Notes under the pieces: generated by a model | What the model saw: only the letters and a program-made list of their open reading frames with translations | Databases searched by the model: none | What the model was told of the DNA's origin: nothing | Assembly: GCA_003221895.1 (NCBI GenBank) | Contig: QHUJ01000111.1 | Coordinates: 2,836-66,835, forward strand | DNA from: Gemmatimonadota bacterium | GTDB lineage: Bacteria; Gemmatimonadota; Gemmatimonadetes; Gemmatimonadales; GWC2-71-9 | DNA: 64,000 nt | Direction: 5' to 3' | Shown: piece after piece, positions 29,168 to 42,708 of the stretch | How positions within the stretch are numbered: the stretch's first letter is position 1 | Layout of the letters: every line of letters starts with the position of its first letter | Position numbers and translations under genes: made by a program

Positions 29168-29586
29168 CGCTTGATCGCGAAGAGAATCTCGTCGATGTCG
29201 ATGGGTTTGCGGACGACGTCGTTGACGCCGACCGTGGGCCGCTCGTTTGGCTTCGCGTTGGTGACGAGCACGACGGGCACCGCGGCCAGTCGCGGATCAT
29301 CGTTGCGAAAGCGGAGGAAATCGAAGCCGTCCATCCCCGGCATCGAGACATCGAGCAGGATCACGTCCGGCACGACCTCGTCCCGCAGCGTCGCGAGCGC
29401 CTCGGCGGCGTTGCCAAACGCCACCACACGATACTGCTTTTCCTCGATCAGCTCACGCAGCATGCCGCGAAACTCCGCGTCGTCCTCGATGATCGCCACG
29501 AGGCAACGCTTGGCAGCTGCGGGCTTCGCGGCAGCGCGATGTGTCCGAGTGTGCACCCGTATCACATGCCTCAACCGAACCGTCAT
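29155..29586 (-). CDS. Single-domain response regulator (REC)
   Basis: IEDD, ILLDVSMPGMDG, VT, KP. Confidence 0.88.
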   Translation of the reverse strand: MTVRLRHVIRVHTRTHRAAAKPAAAKRCLVAIIEDDAEFRGMLRELIEEKQYRVVAFGNAAEALATLRDEVVPDVILLDVSMPGMDGFDFLRFRNDDPRLAAVPVVLVTNAKPNERPTVGVNDVVRKPIDIDEILFAIKRYCV

Positions 29587-30164
29587 TTCGAGAAATCGAC
29601 ACGGGGCGCCTCTGCCGCCCCGGGCGTTTGCAGCTCGAAATAGGACCGCGGCTTCTTGCCGAGTACCTTCGCCGTGATCACTTGCGGAAAGCGGCGAATG
29701 TACGCGTTGAACGAGTTGACCGTTTCGTTGTAATCCTGTCGAGCGACGGCAATGCGATTCTCCGTTCCTTCGAGCTGGTCCTGGAGAGCGCGGAAGTTTT
29801 CGTTCGACTTGAGCTGCGGATAATTCTCGGCGATCGCGAGCAGACGACCGAGCGGCGCGTTGAGGGCCTGATTTGCAGCGGCCATCGAGTCGAGGTTGCC
29901 GCTTTGCACCGCGCCGGCCAGCCGGGCACGCGCTTCCGCGACGCCGAGAAAAACGGTTTGCTCCTGCTTCGCGTATGCCTTGACGGTCTCGACCAGATTC
30001 GGGATGAGATCCGCGCGCCGCTGCAGCTGCACTTTGATCTGCGACTCGGCCGCGTTGACCTTCTCGTCGAGCGTTTGAATCGTGTTGTAGCCGCAGCCCG
30101 CGACCAGGCTCAGGACGACTGGCAGGGACAACGCGAGAGCGGTGCGGCGGGTGTGCGAGTTCAC
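29583..30164 (-). CDS. lemA: LemA-family lipoprotein
   Basis: LVAGC-GYN lipobox, QRRADLIPNLV.TVK.YA, ENYPQLKSNENF, GTENRIAVAR; GTGA overlap. Confidence 0.93.
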   Translation of the reverse strand: MNSHTRRTALALSLPVVLSLVAGCGYNTIQTLDEKVNAAESQIKVQLQRRADLIPNLVETVKAYAKQEQTVFLGVAEARARLAGAVQSGNLDSMAAANQALNAPLGRLLAIAENYPQLKSNENFRALQDQLEGTENRIAVARQDYNETVNSFNAYIRRFPQVITAKVLGKKPRSYFELQTPGAAEAPRVDFSK

Positions 30165-30829
30165 AGAGAGTTCCTTTCCATGCGGTTTACAAATTGCGCC
30201 GTCCGGGTCACCGCGTCGAGATAGGCTGCCGGCTCGGTCAAGCCCTGCGCCGCAAACCCTATCAGCGCCGCCGCGGCGCGCGTCAAGGCCTCCGTCGATG
30301 CGGGCGCAGGGCGGCCGGCTAGGCGCAGTACCCCGCGCAGCATCGTCAGGAAACCCGCCCACGTTCCGCGCACCACTTCAGCCAGGCGCTTCGCGTTCCC
30401 CCACTCGGCTGCATACGCCTGTCGCAGGTGCATCAGCTTCCCCATCAGCTCGTGCTCGAGCTGGCGGCGCGCATGCTCCGGGCTCACCCGGATGCCATCC
30501 CAGGGATCTCGGCCCACGAGCACGCGATGGTGGGCGCGGATGTCTTCGTACTCGATGGGAAAGGCGTCGGCGGAATCGCGCCACTCCTGTTCAGTCATCA
30601 CCAGCGGCGCGGGGTGTTTGGCGTTCACCCAGTCCCGGACCGGGGGAACAAGGCGCGTGAACAGTTCGCTGTCGACGCTCGAGACGATCAGCAAGGTATT
30701 CATCGCGGGCTCCCCGCGCTCCCCTCCCTGCTCCCTCACTGCCGAGCCGTACAGGAGCAGCGTCACCAGCCGATCGCCGAGCGCCGCGCCCAGCTGTTCC
30801 GCGAATCGATCGACCGACATTCGCGCCAT
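30161..30829 (-). CDS. Nucleotidyltransferase-like protein, possibly catalytically degenerate
   Basis: LLYGSA motif; ADAFPIEY.DI; the expected SD.(D/N) acidic motif reads AMN. Confidence 0.7.
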   Translation of the reverse strand: MARMSVDRFAEQLGAALGDRLVTLLLYGSAVREQGGERGEPAMNTLLIVSSVDSELFTRLVPPVRDWVNAKHPAPLVMTEQEWRDSADAFPIEYEDIRAHHRVLVGRDPWDGIRVSPEHARRQLEHELMGKLMHLRQAYAAEWGNAKRLAEVVRGTWAGFLTMLRGVLRLAGRPAPASTEALTRAAAALIGFAAQGLTEPAAYLDAVTRTAQFVNRMERNSL

Positions 30830-30830
30830 A

Positions 30831-31583
30831 TCAGAATCTCCCCCCCGAGCCACCGCCTGAGAAGCCGCCGCCACCCCCAAATCCGCCGAAGCCCCCGCCC
30901 CCACCTCCACCCCACCCGCTGCCGCCTCCCCAGCCCCCGCCCCTCCCCCTGCCGCCGAGCAAGAACGGCAGCAGGAAGATCCGGCCGCGACTGAAAATGA
31001 TCAGAAGGACGATGGCGGTGATGATCCAGCCGATCGGAATCCCGCCCGCGGGGTTCTGCCCGGGCGGCGGTTGCGCGAGTTCCGGGCTGGTGAGCGTGAC
31101 GCCGAATTCCCTGGCGAACGCCTGGGCGATGAGATCGACACCCAGCGACAGCGCGGGGCCGTACTGTTCCTGCGCGAGCACCGGCAGCATCGCGTCGCGA
31201 ATGCGACCGACGGCGGCGTCGGGCAGAAATCCCTCCGCCCCACGACCCGTCGAGATGAAGACGTCGCCCGTACCGGGCCGATGATTCTTGCGCGGCACCA
31301 GCAGCACGACGACGCCGAGATTCTTCGCAGGGTCGCCGGCCTCGGCCTGCGCCCCGACACCCCACTGCCGGCCGATCTTGACCGCCACGTCGCTGGCGGG
31401 CCGGTCGCCGATGTCGGGGAGCGTGACGACCGCGATCTCGCCGCGGGTCGCGTTCCGGACCTCGGTGATCACCTGTTCCAAGTGCCGGATCGACGCGGAA
31501 TCGAGGACGGCCGCGAAATCGTTGACGTACGCGCGTGCGGGGGGAATCGCCACCTGGGCGAGAACGAAGACGATGGCTAGCAT
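30831..31583 (-). CDS. TPM-domain membrane protein with Gly-rich tail
   Basis: YVNDFA.VL, EIAVVT, WGVG, G.GAEG.LPD, TM helix, GGGGGFSGGGSGGRF end. Confidence 0.92.
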   Translation of the reverse strand: MLAIVFVLAQVAIPPARAYVNDFAAVLDSASIRHLEQVITEVRNATRGEIAVVTLPDIGDRPASDVAVKIGRQWGVGAQAEAGDPAKNLGVVVLLVPRKNHRPGTGDVFISTGRGAEGFLPDAAVGRIRDAMLPVLAQEQYGPALSLGVDLIAQAFAREFGVTLTSPELAQPPPGQNPAGGIPIGWIITAIVLLIIFSRGRIFLLPFLLGGRGRGGGWGGGSGWGGGGGGGFGGFGGGGGFSGGGSGGRF

Positions 31584-31589
31584 GCCGCC

Positions 31590-36119
<4,530 letters not shown>

Positions 36120-36160
36120 CCTGGAAATCTACTTGACCGGACTGGAGCGCGTAACGACGG

Positions 36161-36430
36161 CTAATCCACGTGCTTGAGGCGGGTCTGCGGTGCGGTGCTC
36201 ATCGAGCGCGGGGTCGCCACGTGCGCGGCGGCGGAACGCCATGCCTGCGACTGTGAGTCCCACTCGAGCCGCAGATTTCCCTGCAACGTGCTGTTGCCAT
36301 CCTGCGCGGTGGCGAGAAACCACCAACCGCGAACACCGTTCTGAATCTCAGCAACCACAAATCGGCGCCCATCTACAAGTACTATTGGTTCGCCGGCCTG
36401 TGGCAGCCGGGCCATGCCCTCCGGATGCAT
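36161..36430 (-). CDS. Small hypothetical protein
   Basis: Only ORF filling the gap; plausible beta-rich composition; start uncertain (36430 or 36415). Confidence 0.5.
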   Translation of the reverse strand: MHPEGMARLPQAGEPIVLVDGRRFVVAEIQNGVRGWWFLATAQDGNSTLQGNLRLEWDSQSQAWRSAAAHVATPRSMSTAPQTRLKHVD

Positions 36431-36548
36431 GTATGGTGACCTTTTGAGGAGGTGAGTCCGCGGCGCAGAGTCTAGAGATACACCTCGAGGTGTCGGGCGC
36501 CAGTATCGTCGTGACATGAATTGACCAACGCACGCATCGGAGCGGATC

Positions 36549-37049
36549 ATGGATGTCCTTGCGGTAGCAGTGCTGGTCGGCCTCTGCGCGGTCGGATTGT
36601 GCCTCATTCCTCTCGGGCTCCCCGGCCTGTGGGTCATGGTCGCCGGGATTCTCGCCTATGGTTGGCTCACGGCCTTTCGCACCGTCGGTGTATGGGTGAT
36701 CGTCATCGTACTCGGCGTCGCCTTGCTCGGCGAAATCATCGAAAACTGGCTGGGGTTTCGCTTCGCGAAACGATACGGGGGATCGAGCCGCTCGGGCTGG
36801 GGAGCGTTGCTTGGCGGTCTGGTCGGCGCGTTCATCGGCGTTCCAATTGCCATCATCGGCAGTGTCATCGGGGCCTTCATCGGGTCGTTCATCGGCGCGG
36901 CGCTCTTCGAGTACAGTTACTCGCGCCGCGCCGGCGTTGCAACTCGCGCCGGGTGGGGAGCGGTCGTCGGCCGAGCGGCGGCCGCCGCAATGAAGATCGC
37001 TCTGGGACTGGTCATCGCCGCCATCGGCCTGTTCGCCGCGCTATCTTGA
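36549..37049 (+). CDS. DUF456-family membrane protein
   Basis: PLGLPG, AKRYGGS..GWGALLGGLVG, G.F.GA.LFE. Confidence 0.85.
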   Translation: MDVLAVAVLVGLCAVGLCLIPLGLPGLWVMVAGILAYGWLTAFRTVGVWVIVIVLGVALLGEIIENWLGFRFAKRYGGSSRSGWGALLGGLVGAFIGVPIAIIGSVIGAFIGSFIGAALFEYSYSRRAGVATRAGWGAVVGRAAAAAMKIALGLVIAAIGLFAALS

Positions 37050-37053
37050 TCGG

Positions 37054-37695
37054 ATGAACAGACTCGTTTGTGTTCTCGCGACACTCGCATGCGGGTCGCT
37101 TGCGGCCCAGGCTCCGTCCGCCACCCCCGCACCCCAGACCGCGCCTCCCCCCGCGCGACCTGCGTCCACCAACCGTTGGTCCGCCGATCCCGCCCACAGC
37201 GCCGTCGCCTTTCGCGTGCGCCACCTCGGCATCACGTGGGTGAATGGCTCGTTCGGCGAATGGACCGCGGATCTCAACTTCGACCCCGCGCACGCCGAGG
37301 CAGCGAGCGTCACGGCGAAGATTCAGTCTGCCACCATCACGACCGGCAATGACCGGCGCGATACCGATCTGCGCCAGAACTACCTCGCCGTCGACAGCTT
37401 TCCCGAGATCCGCTTTGTCAGCAAGCGCGTCGAAAAGGTCGCCCCCGATAAGCTCCGCATCAGCGGCGATCTGACGCTGCGGGGAGTCACCCGCCCCGTC
37501 GTGCTCGACGCGGACATCGGTGGCGTGATCGCCAGCCCGATGGGTCGTCGCGCGGCGTTCTCCGCCACCACGACGATCAAGCGCCAGGACTATGGCATCA
37601 CGTTGAACCGCTTCATGGAAGGCGCGCAGATCGTCGGCGACGACGTGCGGATCACGATCGACATCGAGGCTCGGGAAAGCGCAACGAGCCCCTGA
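37054..37695 (+). CDS. YceI-family lipid/polyisoprenoid-binding protein
   Basis: DPAHS.V.F.VRHLG, RD.DLR, GDLTLRGVT, R.DYG. Confidence 0.92.
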   Translation: MNRLVCVLATLACGSLAAQAPSATPAPQTAPPPARPASTNRWSADPAHSAVAFRVRHLGITWVNGSFGEWTADLNFDPAHAEAASVTAKIQSATITTGNDRRDTDLRQNYLAVDSFPEIRFVSKRVEKVAPDKLRISGDLTLRGVTRPVVLDADIGGVIASPMGRRAAFSATTTIKRQDYGITLNRFMEGAQIVGDDVRITIDIEARESATSP

Positions 37696-37720
37696 GCCCA
37701 ACAACCCGTTCGGGGGAATC

Positions 37721-38422
37721 GTGACGCTGAGATTGATCCTCGTGATTGCATCGCTTGCGCAGAGTCAGGATACCCAACCCCACGTCATACGATGGTGGGA
37801 AGTCGCGGCGGTCGTCGGTACGGTCGGTCTCGCGAGCATCGCCGACCACGGCATCGACCTCTGGATCCAGGATCACCGCTCCTCCAACAGCGATGCCGTT
37901 GCGGCCGTATTGCGCAACGGCGGCGAGCCCGCACTCGCGGTGGGAGTGGGCGGCGGGATGGCGCTTGCCGGCCTTATCAGCGGGCATGACGGGCTGCGAC
38001 GGAGCGGCGAGCGGGTCCTGGCCGCGGTTGGCGTCGCTGGGCTGACCAGCGTAGCCCTCAAGTTCCCCGTCGGTCGCCTGCGGCCATCGGACACCGACGA
38101 TCCCTACGTCTTCAAGCCTTTTTCAGGAAACGATGCATTTCCCTCCGGGCATACGACCGTGGCCTTCGCACTGGCGGCGTCGCTGTCGGGCGAGATACAC
38201 AATCCCTGGGTGAGCGCTGTCCTGTACGCGGGCGCGGCCGGCACCGGGTGGTCTCGACTCAACGATCATCTGCACTGGTTTTCGGACGTGCTGATGGGAA
38301 GCGCAGTAGGCATTACCGGCGCGAAGGTGATCGAGGGCCGGTGGCGCGTGTTTGGCCTCCACCCTCCAAAATTCCTCGTCGAGCCGTCTGGCGCGCGGCT
38401 CGAATGGCACGCGGAGTTTTAG
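37721..38422 (+). CDS. PAP2-family phosphatase
   Basis: K...GR.RP, FPSGH, SRL..HLHWFSDV. Confidence 0.9.
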   Translation: MTLRLILVIASLAQSQDTQPHVIRWWEVAAVVGTVGLASIADHGIDLWIQDHRSSNSDAVAAVLRNGGEPALAVGVGGGMALAGLISGHDGLRRSGERVLAAVGVAGLTSVALKFPVGRLRPSDTDDPYVFKPFSGNDAFPSGHTTVAFALAASLSGEIHNPWVSAVLYAGAAGTGWSRLNDHLHWFSDVLMGSAVGITGAKVIEGRWRVFGLHPPKFLVEPSGARLEWHAEF

Positions 38423-40014
38423 GGCTTCAGTCGCTGCGGGAACTCCACGAGCTCGCGCGCCAGGGCTTCCAGCCGGTTGGTCAGACTCTCGAGCTCGTGG
38501 GCGCGCTTGGTCGTGGCGCGGCGGTACACGGTCCGCGCGGTCAGGTATGTGATGCCGAGCCAGGCCGGAATGATGGTCAGCACCGCGGCTCCCACGAGGT
38601 GCAGTGCGCCGACGCCCACGCCAATGATCGGCCCCATGCCGCCGCCCCCCATCCCGCCGCCGATACCACCGAAGACGGCGCCGATGAGCTGATTCATGTT
38701 CTCCGAAACCGTGATGCGTGTCTGGCCGCGGCGCATCGTCACGGCGACTTCCACATCGCGCCGAATCGCGGGACCTCTCGAGATCGTCCACGAGAACGAG
38801 CGTCCGAACTGACTCACGATCCCCGGATTGCGCATCACCCGGCGGATTTCCTCCACCATCGTCGGATACTCGGCTTCTGGGAGCTCGCCCTCCACGACGC
38901 ACTCGTACAACAATTCAGTTGGTCCGCCGATCCAGTTGTTCTTGCGGTTGGGGGCTAAAGCCCCCGGGGCGACATACGGGGTCTGAATGGAGTCGGCCGC
39001 CTGCCGCACCAGGTCCGGTGCCACGCCGACTTCGCCCGCCAGCGCCTCGACACCACCAATGGTCATTGCGCCCGAGGCCGTCTTCTTCGCCTCGAGCTCG
39101 GTGGCGCGCTTTACGATTTCCTGGACCTCGTCTTTGTCGTAGCGCCGCCGTGGACCGGAAGGACTGCGCATCAGCTCATCCATGAGGGCAGCGGGCGTGG
39201 GGGTCCGCTGGTCTTGTCGGATCGCCAGGCCGCGCACGAGCGCCGCTTCGATTCTCGCACCTACCGCGCTCAAGCGCGTGCGGTGCATCGATGTCGCCTC
39301 GAGGAAGCGGCCCGCACGCACCGCGTCCTCCGTTGGCCAGCGGCCGGGGACTTCGCCGACCAGCATCTCATAAACGACGACGGTGAGGCTATAGACGTCG
39401 GTCCGCTCATCGAGCTCGGTCAGTCCCGCAGCCTGCTCCGGGCTCATGTAGCCCGGCGTTCCCACGGGAAAACCGGTCCGCGTCAGGTTCGCGCCGCCCG
39501 CCGTGCTGACGGCCTTCGCAATGCCGAAGTCCGCGACGATCGGATGGCCCTGCGAAAAGAGAATGTTCTCGGGTTTGATGTCGCGATGCACCACGCCCAT
39601 GCGATGCGCGTAGGAGAGCGCGTCGGCTACCGGCTCGGCGATGGTGAGGGCCTCCTGCTGGGAGAGCGTGCGGCGCTGTTCCCTCCCTTCGAGCTTCTGG
39701 CGCAGTGAGGCCCCATCGATGTACGGCATGACGTAGTACAGAAAGCCGCCCGCCTCGCCGGAGTCGTACAACGCGAGGATGTGCGGGTGGGTCAGCCGCG
39801 CGGCGATCTGGATCTCTTTGAGAAAGCGCTCCACGCCGAGGTACGCCGCGAGTCCCGGCAGCAGCACCTTCAGCGCGACCGCGCGAGTGTGCTTCCTGTC
39901 ATCGGCGAGATACACCGTGGCCATGCCGCCGCGCCCCAACACACGACGCACAGTGTAGCGGTCGGCGAGGGCGGCCTCCAATTCGACGGGGATTTCGCGC
40001 GATGTCTGATCCAC
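38419..40014 (-). CDS. Hanks-type Ser/Thr kinase with C-terminal helical and membrane domain
   Basis: GRGGMATV, VALK, HRDIKPEN, DFG, GTPGYMSPE; start GTG 40014 (the 956-aa track ORF is an upstream shadow extension). Confidence 0.9.
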   Translation of the reverse strand: MDQTSREIPVELEAALADRYTVRRVLGRGGMATVYLADDRKHTRAVALKVLLPGLAAYLGVERFLKEIQIAARLTHPHILALYDSGEAGGFLYYVMPYIDGASLRQKLEGREQRRTLSQQEALTIAEPVADALSYAHRMGVVHRDIKPENILFSQGHPIVADFGIAKAVSTAGGANLTRTGFPVGTPGYMSPEQAAGLTELDERTDVYSLTVVVYEMLVGEVPGRWPTEDAVRAGRFLEATSMHRTRLSAVGARIEAALVRGLAIRQDQRTPTPAALMDELMRSPSGPRRRYDKDEVQEIVKRATELEAKKTASGAMTIGGVEALAGEVGVAPDLVRQAADSIQTPYVAPGALAPNRKNNWIGGPTELLYECVVEGELPEAEYPTMVEEIRRVMRNPGIVSQFGRSFSWTISRGPAIRRDVEVAVTMRRGQTRITVSENMNQLIGAVFGGIGGGMGGGGMGPIIGVGVGALHLVGAAVLTIIPAWLGITYLTARTVYRRATTKRAHELESLTNRLEALARELVEFPQRLKP

Positions 40015-40049
40015 GCGGAGAATATACGGAGAGCGGGGTTTTTGGTTTG

Positions 40050-41291
40050 CTACGCGGCGATGGCGGTGGCCTGGGCTTTCGATTCGTCGTACTCGTCTTC
40101 CCAGCGAGCCATCACGACCGTCGCAAGACAGTTGCCGATCAGGTTGACGGTCGTACGCCCCATGTCCATGAGCACATCCACGCCCACCAGCGCCACGGCC
40201 GCTTCGATCGGCAGATTGAACGACGCGACCGTTCCCATCAGAATCACGAGCGCGGCGCGCGGCACCCCCGCGACGCCTTTGCTCGTGAGCATGAGCGTAA
40301 ACATCATCAGCAGCTGCTGCCCCACCGTCAGCGATATGCCGCTCGCCTGCGCCACGAAGATCAGTGCCACCGAGAGGTAGAGCGTACTGCCGTCCAGATT
40401 GAACGAATATCCCGTGGGCATGACGAACGCGACGATGCGGCGCGGGACGCCAATCGCTTCCATTCGCTCCATCGCTTTGGGCAGCGCCGCTTCTGACGAG
40501 GCGGTCGAAAACGCAATCAGCGCGGGCTCCCGCACGGCGGCGATGAACGTCCTGATCGGCACGCGCGCGAGGCGCGCCACCGGATACAACACGATCAGCA
40601 CGAAGGCGACGAGCGCGATGTACAGGGTGACGACCACCATCGCGAGCGTCTGCAGATTCTTGAGGCCACCGGGACGCCCCACTGTCACCGCCAGCGCGGC
40701 CGCGACAGCGATCGGCGCGAGCTTCATCACGATGCCGGTAAACTTGAACATCACCTCGGCGACGGCCTCGCAGAATCCCAGCATCGTCTCTTTCGGCCGG
40801 CCGCGCACCTGGGTCAGTCCGATGGCGAACAGCACGGACCAGAGCACGACCTGGAGCATCTGATTGCTCGACGCGGCCTCGGCAAAGCTCTGCGGCACGA
40901 TGTGCTCGAGGACCGTGGCGAACGTGATTCGCTCGGTCGCCGGCACCGATGCCGCCGGAGCCGCGAGCGTGGCGCCGACCCCCGGCTTGAGGATGTTGAC
41001 CGCGAACAGGCCGATGAAGAGCGCCAGCGTGGTAACGATTTCGAAGTAAATGATGGATTTGAGCGCCAGCCGGCCGACGCGCTTCATGTCGTCGCCGTGC
41101 CCCGCGATGCCGACCACGAGCGTGCCGAAAATCAGCGGCACGATGATCGATTTGATGAGTCGGATGAACGCCGTGGACAGCGGCAGCAGCGCAACGCCGA
41201 AATGCGGGAACGCGATGCCGACGGCGATGCCGACGAGCATCGCAATCACGATCCACTGCGTCAGCGTGATACGGCGGAGAACCGTCCACAT
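40050..41291 (-). CDS. Dicarboxylate/amino acid:cation symporter (GltP/DctA family)
   Basis: FIRLIK.II.PL, AFSTASSEAALP, GYSFNLDGS, LTSKG.AGVP. Confidence 0.93.
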   Translation of the reverse strand: MWTVLRRITLTQWIVIAMLVGIAVGIAFPHFGVALLPLSTAFIRLIKSIIVPLIFGTLVVGIAGHGDDMKRVGRLALKSIIYFEIVTTLALFIGLFAVNILKPGVGATLAAPAASVPATERITFATVLEHIVPQSFAEAASSNQMLQVVLWSVLFAIGLTQVRGRPKETMLGFCEAVAEVMFKFTGIVMKLAPIAVAAALAVTVGRPGGLKNLQTLAMVVVTLYIALVAFVLIVLYPVARLARVPIRTFIAAVREPALIAFSTASSEAALPKAMERMEAIGVPRRIVAFVMPTGYSFNLDGSTLYLSVALIFVAQASGISLTVGQQLLMMFTLMLTSKGVAGVPRAALVILMGTVASFNLPIEAAVALVGVDVLMDMGRTTVNLIGNCLATVVMARWEDEYDESKAQATAIAA

Positions 41292-41390
41292 AGAGCGGCT
41301 CAAGGATAACCGCCCCGACGAACCTCGCCAGCGGCGAGCTCAGTGGTTGCCCCCACTTACATCTTCACGTCCCTGAAGGTAGTGTGAGAC

Positions 41391-41696
41391 ATGGCCTCGG
41401 AGATCAGCGCAGTAGCTGCGGAAGTGGCGGGTCGGCTCCGCCGGCGTGGTATCGCGTTGAAGGGCGATGAGCGGCCGGAGGATCTCGCCGATCTGTTGTC
41501 AGCCGTGGAGAGATTCGAGGGGGCGGTCGAGGCGCGCGGCGGCGATCTGATGGTGGACGATCTGCAAAGCTCGCAGCCCGACGATCGCCACTTTGTCCTG
41601 CCACCGCGAAGTGCGGATGAGTCGTTGCGCATTTACATCGCGCAGGTGGATGGGGCGACCGCGCGTGTGAAAGAGCACCCCAGGATTACTTCTTGA
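41391..41696 (+). CDS. Hypothetical protein
   Basis: Fills the gap between flanking genes; TAGTGT 5 nt before ATG; acidic motif ERFE.AVEARGGDLMVDD. Confidence 0.65.
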   Translation: MASEISAVAAEVAGRLRRRGIALKGDERPEDLADLLSAVERFEGAVEARGGDLMVDDLQSSQPDDRHFVLPPRSADESLRIYIAQVDGATARVKEHPRITS

Positions 41697-42600
41697 TGAA
41701 GGTCCCGCGTCGTAGCTCGTCGTAGGCCCGCTGCAGCTCTTCCGGCGTATTCATCACGATTGGTCCCTGCCAGGCGACCGGCTCTTGTAGCGGCTGCCCT
41801 GATACGAGCAGGAAACGCATCCCCTGCTCTCCTGCCTGCACCGTGATCTCGTCGCCCGAATCGAACAGGACGAGCGAGCGGTTCCCGGTCTCCCCAGCAG
41901 CCTCCGTCCCCGCGTCACGGCCGCCGGCCGACACGCGATCGGTTTGAACGCCCTGCGGCGTTGACGCGTCGCTGAACGTGCCGCTCCCATCGAAGATGTA
42001 AGCGAACGCGTGGCGGGACGATTCGATGGGAATCGTTTTGCGGGCACGCACCGGAATCCAGACGTCGAGATATCGGGGATCAGCGGCGACCCCTTCTACG
42101 GGTCCCTTCTTGCCCCAGAAGTCCCCGGCGACGACACGCACCCGTGTGCCATCGTCGTCGACCACTTCGGGAATCTCGTTGGCGTGGATGTCCTGGTAGC
42201 GCGGGTCCGTCATCTTGAGCGAGCGCGGCAAGTTGGCCCACAGCTGGAAGCCGTGCATCCGGCCGCGCTCGTCGCCCTTCGGCATTTCTTGATGCAGGAT
42301 GCCGCTGCCGGCGGTCATCCACTGCACATCGCCGGCGCCCATCGTCCCGCGGTTACCGAGACTGTCACCGTGCTGGACGCTGCCGCTGAGCACGTAGGTG
42401 ATCGTCTCGATGCCGCGATGCGGATGCCACGGAAAGCCCGGGAGATAATCCTCGGGATGTTCGTTGCGGAAATCGTCCAGGAGGAGGAACGGGTCGAAGT
42501 CGGCGGTGCGGCCGAACCCGAATGCCCGGCGCAGTTTCACGCCGGCGCCCTCGAGTGTGAGCTGGGACTGCGAGATCGATTTGACGGCGCGAATTGACAT
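41686..42600 (-). CDS. Pirin-family protein
   Basis: DPFLLLD, HPHRGIET, WMTAGSGI.HQE, QLW.NLP, GPIVMNT. Confidence 0.95.
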   Translation of the reverse strand: MSIRAVKSISQSQLTLEGAGVKLRRAFGFGRTADFDPFLLLDDFRNEHPEDYLPGFPWHPHRGIETITYVLSGSVQHGDSLGNRGTMGAGDVQWMTAGSGILHQEMPKGDERGRMHGFQLWANLPRSLKMTDPRYQDIHANEIPEVVDDDGTRVRVVAGDFWGKKGPVEGVAADPRYLDVWIPVRARKTIPIESSRHAFAYIFDGSGTFSDASTPQGVQTDRVSAGGRDAGTEAAGETGNRSLVLFDSGDEITVQAGEQGMRFLLVSGQPLQEPVAWQGPIVMNTPEELQRAYDELRRGTFIKK

Positions 42601-42708
42601 GTCGACTTAACGCCTCACGCGACGAATGTGTTCCGGACGCGACGGGACCGGAGCATGTACGGAATCCAGAGGCGAACATAGGCGCCGGGGACTACTCGCC
42701 GGTAGATC

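Noticed and set aside
38419-41289. 956-aa ORF suggesting a long kinase N-terminal extension
   Set aside because: The first ~425 aa are an Arg-rich alternative frame of the symporter gene; the kinase starts at GTG 40014 behind a -10 box
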